NCBI GenBank assembly: GCA_965116885.1
Contig: OZ220741.1
Location: 4,928,001 to 4,992,000, forward strand
Length of the DNA: 64,000 nucleotides
From: Candidatus Latescibacterota bacterium
GTDB taxonomy: Bacteria > Latescibacterota > UBA2968
Direction of reading: 5' to 3'
In this document: in pieces, positions 28,772 through 39,387 of the stretch
Layout of the letters: each line of letters opens with the position of its first letter
Numbering within the stretch: position 1 is the first letter of the stretch
Notes under the pieces: model-generated
Told to the model about the DNA's origin: nothing
What the model saw: the letters and a program-made list of their open reading frames with translations, nothing else
The model's database searches: none
Translations under genes and position numbers: made by a program

Positions 28772-29905
28772 ATGGCACTTGATACCATAACATCCGAAGC
28801 CATTGAAGTAATCAATCCAACTGGCAGGCGCGTATTGCAACTGACGACAGATGCGCGGCGGTCGGTGCATGGGTATTACGATCTACCCCCGTGGTCTCCC
28901 GTGGATGGGCGCATTGCATTTAGCCGCATGGATGCACCGGATTCAAAGACAGGCGATATTTGTGTCATGGACGCCGATGGGGGCAACTTGCACAAAGTGG
29001 CCGAATCCCGTGCGATGTCCGCCAATGGCGGTGCGCTGGCGCAATGGGCGTCGGATGGCTCTCGGATTTACTTCAAGGATCGGGACCGCGAAACCCGTTT
29101 GATCGGATGGGTCGATCCGGACACCGGTATGTCAGGCACGCACCCTGGAGACCTGCGGATGATTTCACCCGCTGGACACCTGCATGCCTATCACACCATG
29201 CATGGGGATTACGCCGAGGACGCCGTCCCGAAAATGAAAGATGTACACGGTGTCTTCGCGCAGGATTTAGAAACGGGTGAATCCAAACAACTCGCAACCC
29301 TCTCCGATTGTCTGGCACTCCATCCCCGCCGGGACGAAATTGCCGACTGGCATTTGTTTGTCAAACACACCAAATGGTCGCCCGATGGCACTCGGATGAT
29401 GTTTGTATTCACCAACGAAATCCATTTTGATCGAAAATACGGCGAACTCCCCAGAGTAAAAGATGTGTACGTCATCAATGCCGACGGCTCCAATCTCAAG
29501 CGCGTGGGCGAATTTGGCAACCACCCCCTGTGGCATCCCAATGGTCGAGAAATACTGACCAACAGCCCGTTTGAAGGCTCGTCGGGTAATAAACTGGTAC
29601 TGACCGATGTGGAAACCGGTGAAGAGCGTTTGGCCGCAACCTGTGCAAAGGGATCGGGGCATCCCTCCTTTTCACCAGATGGCAAATACATTGTCATAGA
29701 TGTCGTGAACCACACGACAAAAGAAGCCAAATTCCTGCTGGTAGATGTCGAAACCGATACTGCTGAAACGCTGTTGGAACTCCCGGTCTTCGACCACTCT
29801 CATGCCGGAACCCATCTGCACCCGGTATGGCGGCAAGACAGCTCGCAGATCCTATTCGCCAGCGACGCATCCGAAATTTGCCAATTGTGTGTGATTGACG
29901 TGTGA
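28772..29905 (+). CDS. TolB/oligogalacturonate-lyase-like beta-propeller protein
   Basis: PWSPVDG, WSPDG, HPLWHPNG, HPSFSPDG, HLHPVW repeats. Confidence 0.7.
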   Translation: MALDTITSEAIEVINPTGRRVLQLTTDARRSVHGYYDLPPWSPVDGRIAFSRMDAPDSKTGDICVMDADGGNLHKVAESRAMSANGGALAQWASDGSRIYFKDRDRETRLIGWVDPDTGMSGTHPGDLRMISPAGHLHAYHTMHGDYAEDAVPKMKDVHGVFAQDLETGESKQLATLSDCLALHPRRDEIADWHLFVKHTKWSPDGTRMMFVFTNEIHFDRKYGELPRVKDVYVINADGSNLKRVGEFGNHPLWHPNGREILTNSPFEGSSGNKLVLTDVETGEERLAATCAKGSGHPSFSPDGKYIVIDVVNHTTKEAKFLLVDVETDTAETLLELPVFDHSHAGTHLHPVWRQDSSQILFASDASEICQLCVIDV

Positions 29906-29916
29906 AGGGGACTCTC

Positions 29917-30747
29917 ATGCCCGTAAAATCCGTTTACATGATGACCGATTTGGAAGGTTCAGCCGGAGTAGATGATTGGGACCCGAGACACCGGGAAGAT
30001 GCGACAACGGCAAAGGGCGTGTACGACCGCGCCGAGATGCAGCGATTGTTGACAGGTGAAGTCAACGCCGCGGCCGAAGGATTATTTGCAGCAGGCGTAG
30101 AAGAGATAATCATCAATGATGCACATGGAGCGGGGCGCACGATTTTATCAGAAAAATTGATCTCCGGCGTGCAACTCGTACAGGGTGTCAACCGCCCCTG
30201 CTGGTTACCCGGATTATCCCCCAGATTTGACGCATTGATCCAGTTGGGCATGCATGCGATGACCAACACGCCTAACGGATGTCTCGCACATTCGATGAGC
30301 CGCAATATGATCTATCGCGTCAATGGTGCCGAAGTCGGCGAGATGGAAATGGCGGCTTATTTGTGTGGCGATCTGGGAATTCCCTGGGTCTTCACATCGG
30401 GCGATCTGCACGCATGTACCGAATCCCAACGCTGGGTCAACGACATTGTCACAGCACCAGTAAAAGAAGGCCTGGGTGAATTATGTGCGCTCCACCTGGC
30501 GCCAGTAGATGCCCGCGCCCTCATCAAGACGCGCGTTCAAGAAGCCATGGAGCGCGTCGAAAATATTGAACCACTCATTGCAGAAAGCCCTGTGGTGATG
30601 GAGGTAACGCGCCCTGAACCCAGCCAGTCAGTGCGAGAAGGATGCGAGCGCGTAGATGACTTTACAGTTAGGTGTGAAGGCGAATCCTTCTGGCAGGTAT
30701 TTCATCACTATGTTTATGGCAAACCCGATTTTCCAGTTCCCGCGTAA
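29917..30747 (+). CDS. M55 family metallopeptidase (DppA-like D-aminopeptidase)
   Basis: TDLEG, NDAHG, GMHA...LAHS, GE, SGD motifs. Confidence 0.9.
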   Translation: MPVKSVYMMTDLEGSAGVDDWDPRHREDATTAKGVYDRAEMQRLLTGEVNAAAEGLFAAGVEEIIINDAHGAGRTILSEKLISGVQLVQGVNRPCWLPGLSPRFDALIQLGMHAMTNTPNGCLAHSMSRNMIYRVNGAEVGEMEMAAYLCGDLGIPWVFTSGDLHACTESQRWVNDIVTAPVKEGLGELCALHLAPVDARALIKTRVQEAMERVENIEPLIAESPVVMEVTRPEPSQSVREGCERVDDFTVRCEGESFWQVFHHYVYGKPDFPVPA

Positions 30748-30771
30748 TTTCTTCGCATTATAGGAGGTATC

Positions 30772-31479
30772 ATGAAAGTCAAAATAGAGAATCAATTTCG
30801 AGCGCCTTATGGCGTGCCAAACGGATTGCAACTCACAGACGATGGTTTGTGGATTGTAGATCAGATGACTGACCGGGTAGCGTTGATGAGTATGAAAGAT
30901 GAGGACAAAGACGATTATTACGGCAATCGCCGCCTGTTGAAGGACATCCCATCGGAATCCTCAAACACCAGTGGCATGGCTGCGGGCGATGGATCATTGT
31001 GGTTGGCGGCAAATGGGCCGGGGCAACGCTGGCGGCTACCGCGCGAGACCGATGCGCCCCAGGGTGAAATTTTGCGCGTAGATCCCTGTAATGGAGAAAC
31101 ACAGGGCCGCTGGGCACTGCCCACGGGTGGCGGCACCCACGGTGTGGAATACGACGCAATTGAACCGGGCACATTGTGGTTGACGACCTTGAAAGAACAG
31201 ACCATTACGCAGATGCGCATTGCAGATTGGTCCGTCATCCGAACATTAAAACTGCCTTTGTCTCGCGCACACGGCGTCGTGCGAATGGAAGAAGATTCAA
31301 TCTGGGTCGTTCATACAGGTGATCGGGTCATTGTAAATCTGGATCTGGCGACAAATGCAGAACTCGATCGCATAGAAGTGCCCGAACCCCATCCCGAACC
31401 ACATGGCTTATCCATCTGTGAGGGCGGGTTTTTGTATTGCGATGCCACATCGGGGTGGGTTGCCAAAATTTCCTGGTAA
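30772..31479 (+). CDS. Hypothetical beta-propeller protein (Vgb/glutaminyl cyclase-like)
   Basis: Repeated PNGL/HGV/PHGL + LW blades. Confidence 0.6.
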   Translation: MKVKIENQFRAPYGVPNGLQLTDDGLWIVDQMTDRVALMSMKDEDKDDYYGNRRLLKDIPSESSNTSGMAAGDGSLWLAANGPGQRWRLPRETDAPQGEILRVDPCNGETQGRWALPTGGGTHGVEYDAIEPGTLWLTTLKEQTITQMRIADWSVIRTLKLPLSRAHGVVRMEEDSIWVVHTGDRVIVNLDLATNAELDRIEVPEPHPEPHGLSICEGGFLYCDATSGWVAKISW

Positions 31480-31505
31480 TGGGACGCTTCTGTTATCTTC
31501 CAATT

Positions 31506-31533
31506 AGCCCCGGTCCTCCGGGGCTTTTCTTTC
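31506..31533 (+). terminator. Rho-independent terminator
   Basis: AGCCCCGG-TCCT-CCGGGGCT followed by T-tract. Confidence 0.75.
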
Positions 31534-31551
31534 TGACGACTGAGGTACGTG

Positions 31552-33138
31552 ATGAGTGATCGAGCAGTAATCGGCGTCGATGTGGGCACAGGCAGCGTGC
31601 GGGCAGGCGTATTTGACCTATACGGCACCATGCTGGGCACAGCATCGTCACCCATCCTGGAATTTAATCCCAAACCCAATTTCTACGAACAATCCTCGGA
31701 GAACATCTGGGCAGAAACCGGAAAAGTCGTTCGCCAGGCCATTGTCCAATCTGGTCTCTCGCCCGATGCGATAATCGGCATGAGTTTTGACGCAACCTGT
31801 TCTCTCGTCGTCCTGGACACTGCTGGACACCCCCTGACCGTATCTGAAACGGGCGAAACCGAACGCAACATCATCGTATGGCGCGATCACCGCGCAATTG
31901 ATCAGGTAAATCGCATCAATGCGGGTGGATACGATGTGTTGCAATACGTCGGAGGCACGATGTCGCCCGAGCAAGAGCCGCCAAAACTGTTGTGGATCAA
32001 AGAAAACCTGCCCGAAACATGGCAAAAGGCGGGTAAATTTTTTGACCTGGCGGATTTTATGGTCTATAAAGCAACGGGAGCCGACCGCCGCAGTTTGTGT
32101 ACCAACGTATGCAAATGGACCTATCTGGGCCATGAATCGCGCTGGGATCGCACCTTCTTTGACGCCATTGGTCTGGGCGATTTATTCGACAGCGGAAAAG
32201 TGACAGAAGATGTCGCACCCATGGGCGAAAACGCGGGTACTCTGAGTGCAGAAGCCGCCGATCTGATGGGATTGACAACGCAAACCGCCGTAGGTGTAGG
32301 CATCATCGATGCACACGCAGGGGGCATTGGCGTTGGGGTCAGCGAACCGATTTTGGCATTGATCGGTGGCACCTCGTCGTGCCACATGGCCGTGTCAAAA
32401 GATGCGCGATTTATCCCCGGCGTGTGGGGACCTTACTTCGGTGCAATGCTACCGGGCTTGTGGCTCAGCGAAGGCGGACAGAGTGCAACGGGCGCATTGT
32501 TGGACCACACCATCGAGCGATTTGGCATGGTCAAAGAAGAAGATCACTACTGGCATGTACTCACGGGAAAAGAAATCAATGCTGTGTACGCCGAACTCAA
32601 CGCGTACATTGCCGCAAAAGGCGTGCGCTCAGATTGGACAGAGCGGCTGCATATTTTGCCCGACCACCACGGAAACCGATCCCCCAAAGCCGACCCCAAC
32701 GCACGGGGCATGATGGATGGCTTGACCCTGGATATGTCGTACAACACACTGGCGCAAATTTATCACGCAACCATCCAGTCAGTAGCTTATGGCACGCGCA
32801 ATATCATTGACGAAATGGAAAAACAGGGCTACGCAATTGAGCAGATCAATGCGTGTGGGGGCGGCACAAAAAACGAACTGTGGATACGCGAACACGCCGA
32901 CGCCACACAGCGCCCCATACACCTGCCCAAAGAACCCGAAGCCGTACTATTGGGATCCGCAATCCTCGGTGCCGTCGCCGCGGGTGCGTATGCCTCAATC
33001 CAAGAAGCGATGGGCGCGATGTGCCACGCGGGCGAAGTCATCGAACCCAATCGGGACACCGCAGATTATCACGCCTATAAATACGAACAACAAATGACCA
33101 TGTACGACCAGCACGTAAACCGACGCAACATCGACTGA
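31552..33138 (+). CDS. FGGY-family pentulose (ribulo)kinase
   Basis: GVDVGTGSVR, FDATCS, WRDHRA, IDAHAG, EGGQSATG, GNRSP. Confidence 0.92.
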   Translation: MSDRAVIGVDVGTGSVRAGVFDLYGTMLGTASSPILEFNPKPNFYEQSSENIWAETGKVVRQAIVQSGLSPDAIIGMSFDATCSLVVLDTAGHPLTVSETGETERNIIVWRDHRAIDQVNRINAGGYDVLQYVGGTMSPEQEPPKLLWIKENLPETWQKAGKFFDLADFMVYKATGADRRSLCTNVCKWTYLGHESRWDRTFFDAIGLGDLFDSGKVTEDVAPMGENAGTLSAEAADLMGLTTQTAVGVGIIDAHAGGIGVGVSEPILALIGGTSSCHMAVSKDARFIPGVWGPYFGAMLPGLWLSEGGQSATGALLDHTIERFGMVKEEDHYWHVLTGKEINAVYAELNAYIAAKGVRSDWTERLHILPDHHGNRSPKADPNARGMMDGLTLDMSYNTLAQIYHATIQSVAYGTRNIIDEMEKQGYAIEQINACGGGTKNELWIREHADATQRPIHLPKEPEAVLLGSAILGAVAAGAYASIQEAMGAMCHAGEVIEPNRDTADYHAYKYEQQMTMYDQHVNRRNID

Positions 33139-33214
33139 TCGGAAATTCGGTTGTGTTTCGCGCAATATCGCATTAGCATGGACTTGTTAATTATCATACT
33201 GAAGGAGACAAAAC

Positions 33215-34048
33215 GTGAAAATCGGATACGGCACTTATGCAATGCAAACGGAAAACATCTTCGACGCGCTCCCGCGCCTGCGCGACATAGGCTACGAAGC
33301 CCTCGAAATCAACACGGGTGACGACTGGCCCACCGCCCCGCACAAACTCGACACCACTACCCGCGAAACACTCGCCAAAACCATCCGGGACCTCGGCTTT
33401 GAATCCCCCGTCACCATGGCCTTGATGCCCATCTGCACACAGGGCGATGGCCGCCCGGCCATCCTCGAAAAATTTGATGACGCCTGTATCCTCGCCAGTG
33501 ACCTCGCCTTTGGCGATGCTCCCGGCATCATCGTCAGCACACTCGGCGGACTGCACGGCACCTGGGACGAAGTCAAACACACCTATTGCGATCAACTCCT
33601 CGAATTGGGCGATCGCGCCGCCAAACACAACGTCATCCTCGCAACCGAACCCCATGCGGGCCACCCGCTCGACACACCCCAAAAAGTCGATTGGCTCATG
33701 CGGCAAACCAATCACGACAACGTCAAAGTCAATTTCGACATGAGCCACTTTTACGTTGACGATATCGACCTCCAGCCGAGCGTTGACCTGTGCGCCCCCT
33801 ACACCGTCTCCACCCACATCAAAGACGGCCATCGCGTCAACGGACAGGTGCGCTACCTCTTGCCCGGCGAAGGCGACTTCGACCTCGTCGCCTTTTTTAA
33901 AGCCGTCGCAGCCGCAGGCATCACCGTCCCAATCACCGTCGAAGTCACCGCGCAAATCTGGAGACAACCCGACTACGACCCCTGGCCCGTCGCCGAACAA
34001 TGCTTCAGTGCACTCGACAATGCGCGAAGAGAAGCAGGTGTTACATAG
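33215..34048 (+). CDS. Sugar phosphate isomerase/epimerase
   Basis: TEPH, NFDMSH, THIKD, PGEG, TVEV. Confidence 0.88.
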   Translation: MKIGYGTYAMQTENIFDALPRLRDIGYEALEINTGDDWPTAPHKLDTTTRETLAKTIRDLGFESPVTMALMPICTQGDGRPAILEKFDDACILASDLAFGDAPGIIVSTLGGLHGTWDEVKHTYCDQLLELGDRAAKHNVILATEPHAGHPLDTPQKVDWLMRQTNHDNVKVNFDMSHFYVDDIDLQPSVDLCAPYTVSTHIKDGHRVNGQVRYLLPGEGDFDLVAFFKAVAAAGITVPITVEVTAQIWRQPDYDPWPVAEQCFSALDNARREAGVT

Positions 34049-34066
34049 ATAAATCAGAAATCAATC

Positions 34067-35488
34067 ATGGCCTACAACATCCTCCTCATCCTGACCGATC
34101 AACAGCGCTGGGACTCCCTCGGTTGTTGCGGTATAGGCGGCGTACACACCCCCAACCTCGACCGCCTCGCCAGTGAAGGCGCGCGCTACGACCAGTGCTA
34201 TGTCAACAACCCGATATGCACGCCCAGTCGCGCCAGCCTCTGGACGGGCAAACACCTGCCCGGTCACGGCGTTTACCGCCTGCACGATGTCTTGCCCCAG
34301 GATGAAATCCTCTTTCCCCATCACCTGCGCGAAGCCGGATACGACACCGCGCTCTTTGGCAAACTCCACGTTGCCGGTCACATGTGGGAAATGCAATACC
34401 GACACCGCTTCGACGGCTTCAACACCTATGAATGGGCACCCGATCCCAATGGGTATCGGGGATGCGACACCGCGTACTTCCGCTGGCTTGCGGTACACCA
34501 CCCCGACATTCTCCAGCGCTGGAAACGCGACGGCAACAGCATCGGCCACGTACGCGCCGAAGCCCACTTCACCACCTGGGCCGCCGACCGCACCATCGAC
34601 TATCTCCACCGCATGCAGGGCACACATCAGCCCTTCTTCTGTTGCATGAGCGTCTTTGATCCGCACAGTCCCTATACAAATTATCCCAAAGAATACGCCG
34701 ACTACCTCGACATCGATGCCCTGCCCGAACCCCTTGCCGTAGATGAATCCTTTGACCATCGCCCAATCGCACACTGGCAAGAGCACAACGGGCGATCTTT
34801 CCCCTCAACGGACACCCTGCGCGAAAGCCGCATCGGCTACCACGCGGCCATCACCCTCATCGACGAACAAATCGGGCGCGTCTTGCAAACACTCGACGAT
34901 ACAAATTTTGCGGACAACACCATCGTCATCTTTGCCAGCGACCACGGCGACATGCTCGGCGACCACGGCCTCACCGTCAAAGGCGCGTACATGTACGACG
35001 CCTGCACCCGGGTGCCCATGATCATCCGCGTGCCGGGCACATCCGGCGGTCAAATCATCGACGCGCCCTGCCAACTTCACGACATCGCCGCAACCGCACT
35101 CGCCATCGCCGGATGCGAACAACCCGACCTCATGCCCGATGCATGCGACCTCCTGGACACCAGCGCCTTGCAGCAACGCGGCTATGCCGTCTGCATGCAC
35201 CGCAACTCGAGCACCACGCGCGGAGGCTATCACAACCCGGAATTGCACATCACCATGTGGCGAGAAAACCGCTACAAACTCAGCATCTACCACGCGCCAC
35301 AACCCGGACCCGACGATTGCCCCGGTGAACTCTTTGACCTGGAAACAGACCCCGACGAAATGAACAACCTCTGGTTCGACGCCGATATGTTCGACACGCG
35401 CGACCAGCTCATCCACAAACTCACGACTTTTCTCGTACAACAAGACGCACAGGGACGCGCGAGAGGTAGCGAAGCCCTGCCACTGTGA
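34067..35488 (+). CDS. Sulfatase (Cys-type, formylglycine-dependent)
   Basis: TDQQR, CTPSRAS (CxPxR), GKLH, DPHSP, SDHGD. Confidence 0.92.
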   Translation: MAYNILLILTDQQRWDSLGCCGIGGVHTPNLDRLASEGARYDQCYVNNPICTPSRASLWTGKHLPGHGVYRLHDVLPQDEILFPHHLREAGYDTALFGKLHVAGHMWEMQYRHRFDGFNTYEWAPDPNGYRGCDTAYFRWLAVHHPDILQRWKRDGNSIGHVRAEAHFTTWAADRTIDYLHRMQGTHQPFFCCMSVFDPHSPYTNYPKEYADYLDIDALPEPLAVDESFDHRPIAHWQEHNGRSFPSTDTLRESRIGYHAAITLIDEQIGRVLQTLDDTNFADNTIVIFASDHGDMLGDHGLTVKGAYMYDACTRVPMIIRVPGTSGGQIIDAPCQLHDIAATALAIAGCEQPDLMPDACDLLDTSALQQRGYAVCMHRNSSTTRGGYHNPELHITMWRENRYKLSIYHAPQPGPDDCPGELFDLETDPDEMNNLWFDADMFDTRDQLIHKLTTFLVQQDAQGRARGSEALPL

Positions 35489-35505
35489 TTTTGGAAAGAA
35501 AGCTC

Positions 35506-36669
35506 ATGACAAAAAACATCATCATGCCCAAATACGGGCTTCAGCAAGACAACGGCACCGTCGTTGAATGGCGCGTCAAAGAAGGCGACCGCGTCAACAA
35601 GGGCGACATCCTCCTCGACCTGGAAACAGACAAAGCCCTCTTTGAATACGAATCGCCCGAAAGCGGTTACATCCGCAAACTCGTCGCCCAAAACGGCGAA
35701 GAGGTACCGGTGCTCTCTGTCATTGCCATCATCACCGACGAAGCCGACGAAGCCATTGAAGACCTGACACCTGCCAGCACGGACTCCCCCACAGAGGAAC
35801 CGCGCCAGATAGCGGACACCGCAGAGCGAGAACCCGCGCTGGAAGCCCCCACCCAGCGCATCAAAAGATCTCCTGCAGCCCGTCGCCGCGCCCGCGAACT
35901 CAATATTGACCTCGCCAACATCCCAGGCACGGGTCCAGGTGGTCGCATCGTACTCGCCGATGTCGAACTCGCGGCATCCGCTGCCCCATCCTCCGCCACA
36001 TTATCGCGCATGCGTCAGGCCATTGGCAGAACCATGGCCTATAGCAAAAGCACCATCCCGCACTTCTACGTCGCCACTGAAATAGACATGACCGACGCGG
36101 AAATCTGGCGCAAAAACCTCGCGGAAACCGACGCCATCAAGCTCTCGGTCACCGACCTCTTTGTCAAAGCCGCCGCCGATGCCCTCACCCAATACCCGGC
36201 GCTCAACGCCAGCCTTGACGGAGATACCGCCGTTATCGTACACGACACAGTCGATATCGGCCTTGCCGTTGGCACCGACGACGGCCTCGTCGTCCCGGTC
36301 ATCCCAAACGCCGACCGGGCATTCCTGACCGACCTCGCCGACGAACGCGGCCAGCGCGTCGAAGAAGCCAGGCAGGGCAAAATGCGCGGCGATGCCAGTG
36401 CCACCTTCACCATCTCGAATCTGGGGATGTACGGCATCACATCCTTTACCGCCATTGTCAATCCCCCCGAAGCCGCCATCTTAGCCATCGGTGCAGCCAT
36501 CGCCCGCGTTGTCCCCATCGGCGATACCATGACCATCGCCGTTCGCCAAATCGCAGAAGTCACGCTCTCCGCCGACCATCGCCTCGTCGATGGCGTGGTC
36601 GCCGCTCAATTTTTACAGGCACTAAAACAAAATCTACAAGACACGAACAAATTGGAAAGCTGGTTATAA
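35506..36669 (+). CDS. Dihydrolipoamide acyltransferase E2 (acetoin/2-oxoacid dehydrogenase-like)
   Basis: Lipoyl ETDKA, E3-binding SPAARR...GTGPGGRI, catalytic DHRLVDG. Confidence 0.92.
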   Translation: MTKNIIMPKYGLQQDNGTVVEWRVKEGDRVNKGDILLDLETDKALFEYESPESGYIRKLVAQNGEEVPVLSVIAIITDEADEAIEDLTPASTDSPTEEPRQIADTAEREPALEAPTQRIKRSPAARRRARELNIDLANIPGTGPGGRIVLADVELAASAAPSSATLSRMRQAIGRTMAYSKSTIPHFYVATEIDMTDAEIWRKNLAETDAIKLSVTDLFVKAAADALTQYPALNASLDGDTAVIVHDTVDIGLAVGTDDGLVVPVIPNADRAFLTDLADERGQRVEEARQGKMRGDASATFTISNLGMYGITSFTAIVNPPEAAILAIGAAIARVVPIGDTMTIAVRQIAEVTLSADHRLVDGVVAAQFLQALKQNLQDTNKLESWL

Positions 36670-36681
36670 AAAGGAGCCTTT

Positions 36682-37644
36682 ATGTCCCTACCCTCTGAAA
36701 TCCTGATCAAAATGTACCGCGCCATGCTCCGCATCCGCCGTTTTGAAGAACAAATATGGGAAGTCTATACCGGCGGCCTCATGCACGGACTGGCGCACCT
36801 CTACATCGGCGAAGAAGCCGTTGCCGTGGGCGTTTGCGCTGCGCTGCGCGACGACGACTTCATCACCAGCACCCACCGCGGGCACGGGCACTGCGTTGCC
36901 AAAGGCGGGAACCTCGAAGCCATGATGGCCGAAGTGATGGGCCGTGTCACCGGGCACTGTCGCGGCAAAGGCGGCTCCATGCACATCGCCGACATGTCCG
37001 TTGGTATCCTCGGCGCAAATGGCATTGTCGGTGGCGGATTTGGCATTGCCACAGGCGCGGCACTCTCAGCCCAAAAACGCGGCACCGATCAGGTAGCCGT
37101 CTGCTTCTTTGGCGACGGCGCCTCCAATCAGGGCATCTTCTTCGAAGTCATGAACTTCGCCGCAATATGGAAACTCCCTGTGATCTACGTCTGCGAAAAC
37201 AACCACTACGGCGAATACACCCCCACTGGAAACGTCACCGCGGGCAAAAGCATCGCGGATCGCTCTCTCCCCTTCGGCATCCCCAGTACAACCGTAGATG
37301 GCAGCGACGCCATTGCCGTGTACGAAGCCACTGCCCAGGCTGTCGAACGCGCCAGAAAGGGCGACGGCGCCACACTCATCGAATGCGACACGTACCGCTA
37401 TCGCGGGCACCACGTTGGCGACCCTGGAGAAGGCTATCGATCAAAAGAAGAAATCGAATCCTGGATGGCCAAAGACCCCATCCAGCAACTCCGCACAAAA
37501 ATACTGGATGACAACATCGCCTCTGGAGCCGAACTCGATGCGGAAGAGCGCGAAGTCGAAAAAGAAATGGAAAACGCGCTCGAAGCTGCCAAAGCCGCGC
37601 CTTATCCCGATGTCGAGGAGGTCAATCAACATGTCTATGCGTGA
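36682..37644 (+). CDS. TPP-dependent dehydrogenase E1 alpha subunit (AcoA/PdhA-like)
   Basis: STHRGHGH, GKGGSMH, GDGA...ENN TPP motif, RYRGH. Confidence 0.92.
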   Translation: MSLPSEILIKMYRAMLRIRRFEEQIWEVYTGGLMHGLAHLYIGEEAVAVGVCAALRDDDFITSTHRGHGHCVAKGGNLEAMMAEVMGRVTGHCRGKGGSMHIADMSVGILGANGIVGGGFGIATGAALSAQKRGTDQVAVCFFGDGASNQGIFFEVMNFAAIWKLPVIYVCENNHYGEYTPTGNVTAGKSIADRSLPFGIPSTTVDGSDAIAVYEATAQAVERARKGDGATLIECDTYRYRGHHVGDPGEGYRSKEEIESWMAKDPIQQLRTKILDDNIASGAELDAEEREVEKEMENALEAAKAAPYPDVEEVNQHVYA

Positions 37645-38623
37645 AATGACTTATGGCGAAGCCGTCAAAGAAGCCATCGCCGAAGAAATGCGCCGCGACC
37701 CCACGGTCTTTCTCATGGGCGAAGACGTCGGCAAAGCGGGCACCGTATTCAAAGTACTCCTCGGTTTGCACGACGAATTTGGCGACGATCGCGTCATCGA
37801 CACGCCCATTGCAGAAGCGGGTCTCGTCGGCCTCGGCGTCGGTGCTGCGCTTACCGGCTCACGCCCCATTGTCGATATTATGTTTGGCGACTTCATCGCC
37901 CTGGCAATGGACCAGATTGTAAACCAGGCCGCCAAACTGCGCTACATGTCCGGCGGTCAGGCCATCGTACCCATCACCATCCGCTCCACAATGGGCGCAG
38001 GACGCTCCTCCGCCGCACAGCATTCGCAGAGCTTACACGCCTGGCTCGCGCACATCCCCGGCCTCAAAGTCGCCATACCCTCCACACCCGCCGACGCCAA
38101 GGGCCTCTTCAAAACCGCCGTTAGAGATGACAACCCCGTCGTCATTTACGAAGACAAAATGATGTACGCCCTCAAAGGCATGGTCCCCACCGAAGAAGAC
38201 TACACCATACCCTTTGGACGGGCGCACATCAAACGCGAAGGCGACGATGTATCCCTCATCGCCACATCGAGCATGGTCCACGTCGCCCTCGAAGCGGCCG
38301 ACACACTTGCAGAACAAGGTATAAGTGCCGAAGTCGTTGACCCGCGCACCCTCGTACCACTCGACGGCGAAACCCTCATCGAATCCGTGGTCAAAACCAC
38401 CCGTGCCGTCATCATCGACGAAGGCTATAAAAGTTTTGGTATCACAGGAGAAATCGCCTCCATCGTCTATAACGGCGCCTTTGACTACATCGACGCCCCC
38501 ATCGCTCGCCTCGGCGCAATGGACGTACCCGTTCCATTCAGCAAACCTCTCGAAGACGCCACAATCCCCACCCCCGAAGATGTGATTAAAGCCGTACAGG
38601 ACATGAAAATCATCCGCAGATGA
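37637..38623 (+). CDS. TPP-dependent dehydrogenase E1 beta subunit (AcoB/PdhB-like)
   Basis: GEDV, DTPIAE, DQIVNQAAK, AAQHSQ, DPRTLVP; start overlaps the alpha-subunit stop. Confidence 0.92.
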   Translation: MREMTYGEAVKEAIAEEMRRDPTVFLMGEDVGKAGTVFKVLLGLHDEFGDDRVIDTPIAEAGLVGLGVGAALTGSRPIVDIMFGDFIALAMDQIVNQAAKLRYMSGGQAIVPITIRSTMGAGRSSAAQHSQSLHAWLAHIPGLKVAIPSTPADAKGLFKTAVRDDNPVVIYEDKMMYALKGMVPTEEDYTIPFGRAHIKREGDDVSLIATSSMVHVALEAADTLAEQGISAEVVDPRTLVPLDGETLIESVVKTTRAVIIDEGYKSFGITGEIASIVYNGAFDYIDAPIARLGAMDVPVPFSKPLEDATIPTPEDVIKAVQDMKIIRR

Positions 38624-38644
38624 ACGCAGATGGACGCAGATAAG
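38615..38644. repeat. Short tandem repeat (CGCAGATrrr)x3 overlapping the E1-beta stop codon
   Basis: CGCAGATGAA CGCAGATGGA CGCAGATAAG. Confidence 0.75.
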
Positions 38645-38710
38645 ATCACAGCAGGCAATGTAGCGGTGTATGTACAACTGGCCGTTTCACCGAGTATAAA
38701 CACAAAAAAA

Positions 38711-38738
38711 TAAGCCCGGCGATCTGCCGGGCTTTTGT
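38711..38738. terminator. Rho-independent terminator
   Basis: AAGCCCGGC-GATCT-GCCGGGCTTTT with A-tract upstream. Confidence 0.75.
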
Positions 38739-39021
38739 ATCTATCCATGCTATCCACGCGCCAATTCAATCGTATAATTGCCGAACTCCCATGCACCTAT
38801 TTTATACAGATAGGCGCATGGGAATGTTATTTAGAAGGGTTAGAATAGATTAAAAAGGGGTTGCGGTTGTGTCACCGTGCCAGTATCTTTTTAGAGTACT
38901 GAGCGAGATTACCAGGAAAAGTACTTGGAAAAGGAGTACATTTCCGGTGAAGCCGGACAGACACCCACATATCTATCCAGCAGGCAAAGTCTTGCAAAAA
39001 AACCACAAGAGGAGTGTTCCC

Positions 39022-39387
39022 ATGTCCGTTTTAGAACAATCAACCTCACAAGAAAAAGAAAAAAAATGGTCAAAAAAATGGTCTATTGGTCAATCATGGT
39101 TTGGATGGACTAAATACTTTCGCAAGGCAATAACAATAAAGATAAAATATAGATACTGGCGTTCTGATTTTTTGTTTGTTGGATTCCTTGAAGACTATCC
39201 AGATTATTGGACGCAAGGCGAAACCCTTCAAGAATTGAAAGAACATCTGGTTGATATTTACTTGGAAGTTAATAATCCTGAGTCTCTCGGAGCTAATAGT
39301 GTTCATGATAAACTCCCAAATGATGACGTTCCCTCATCACACAAGACTGATGCACTGGCACTGACACTCAGAGTGCAGGTTGCATGA
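39022..39387 (+). CDS. hicB: HicB-like antitoxin (TTHA1013-like fold)
   Basis: YW....FVGFLEDYPDYWTQGETLQELKEHLVDIY; RBS GAGGAG; ATGA overlap with hicA. Confidence 0.7.
   Translation: MSVLEQSTSQEKEKKWSKKWSIGQSWFGWTKYFRKAITIKIKYRYWRSDFLFVGFLEDYPDYWTQGETLQELKEHLVDIYLEVNNPESLGANSVHDKLPNDDVPSSHKTDALALTLRVQVA

Noticed and set aside
38780..38786. tRNA-Leu 3' duplication (att site) bounding hicBA
   Set aside because: Only a 7-bp match (TGCCGAA), expected by chance
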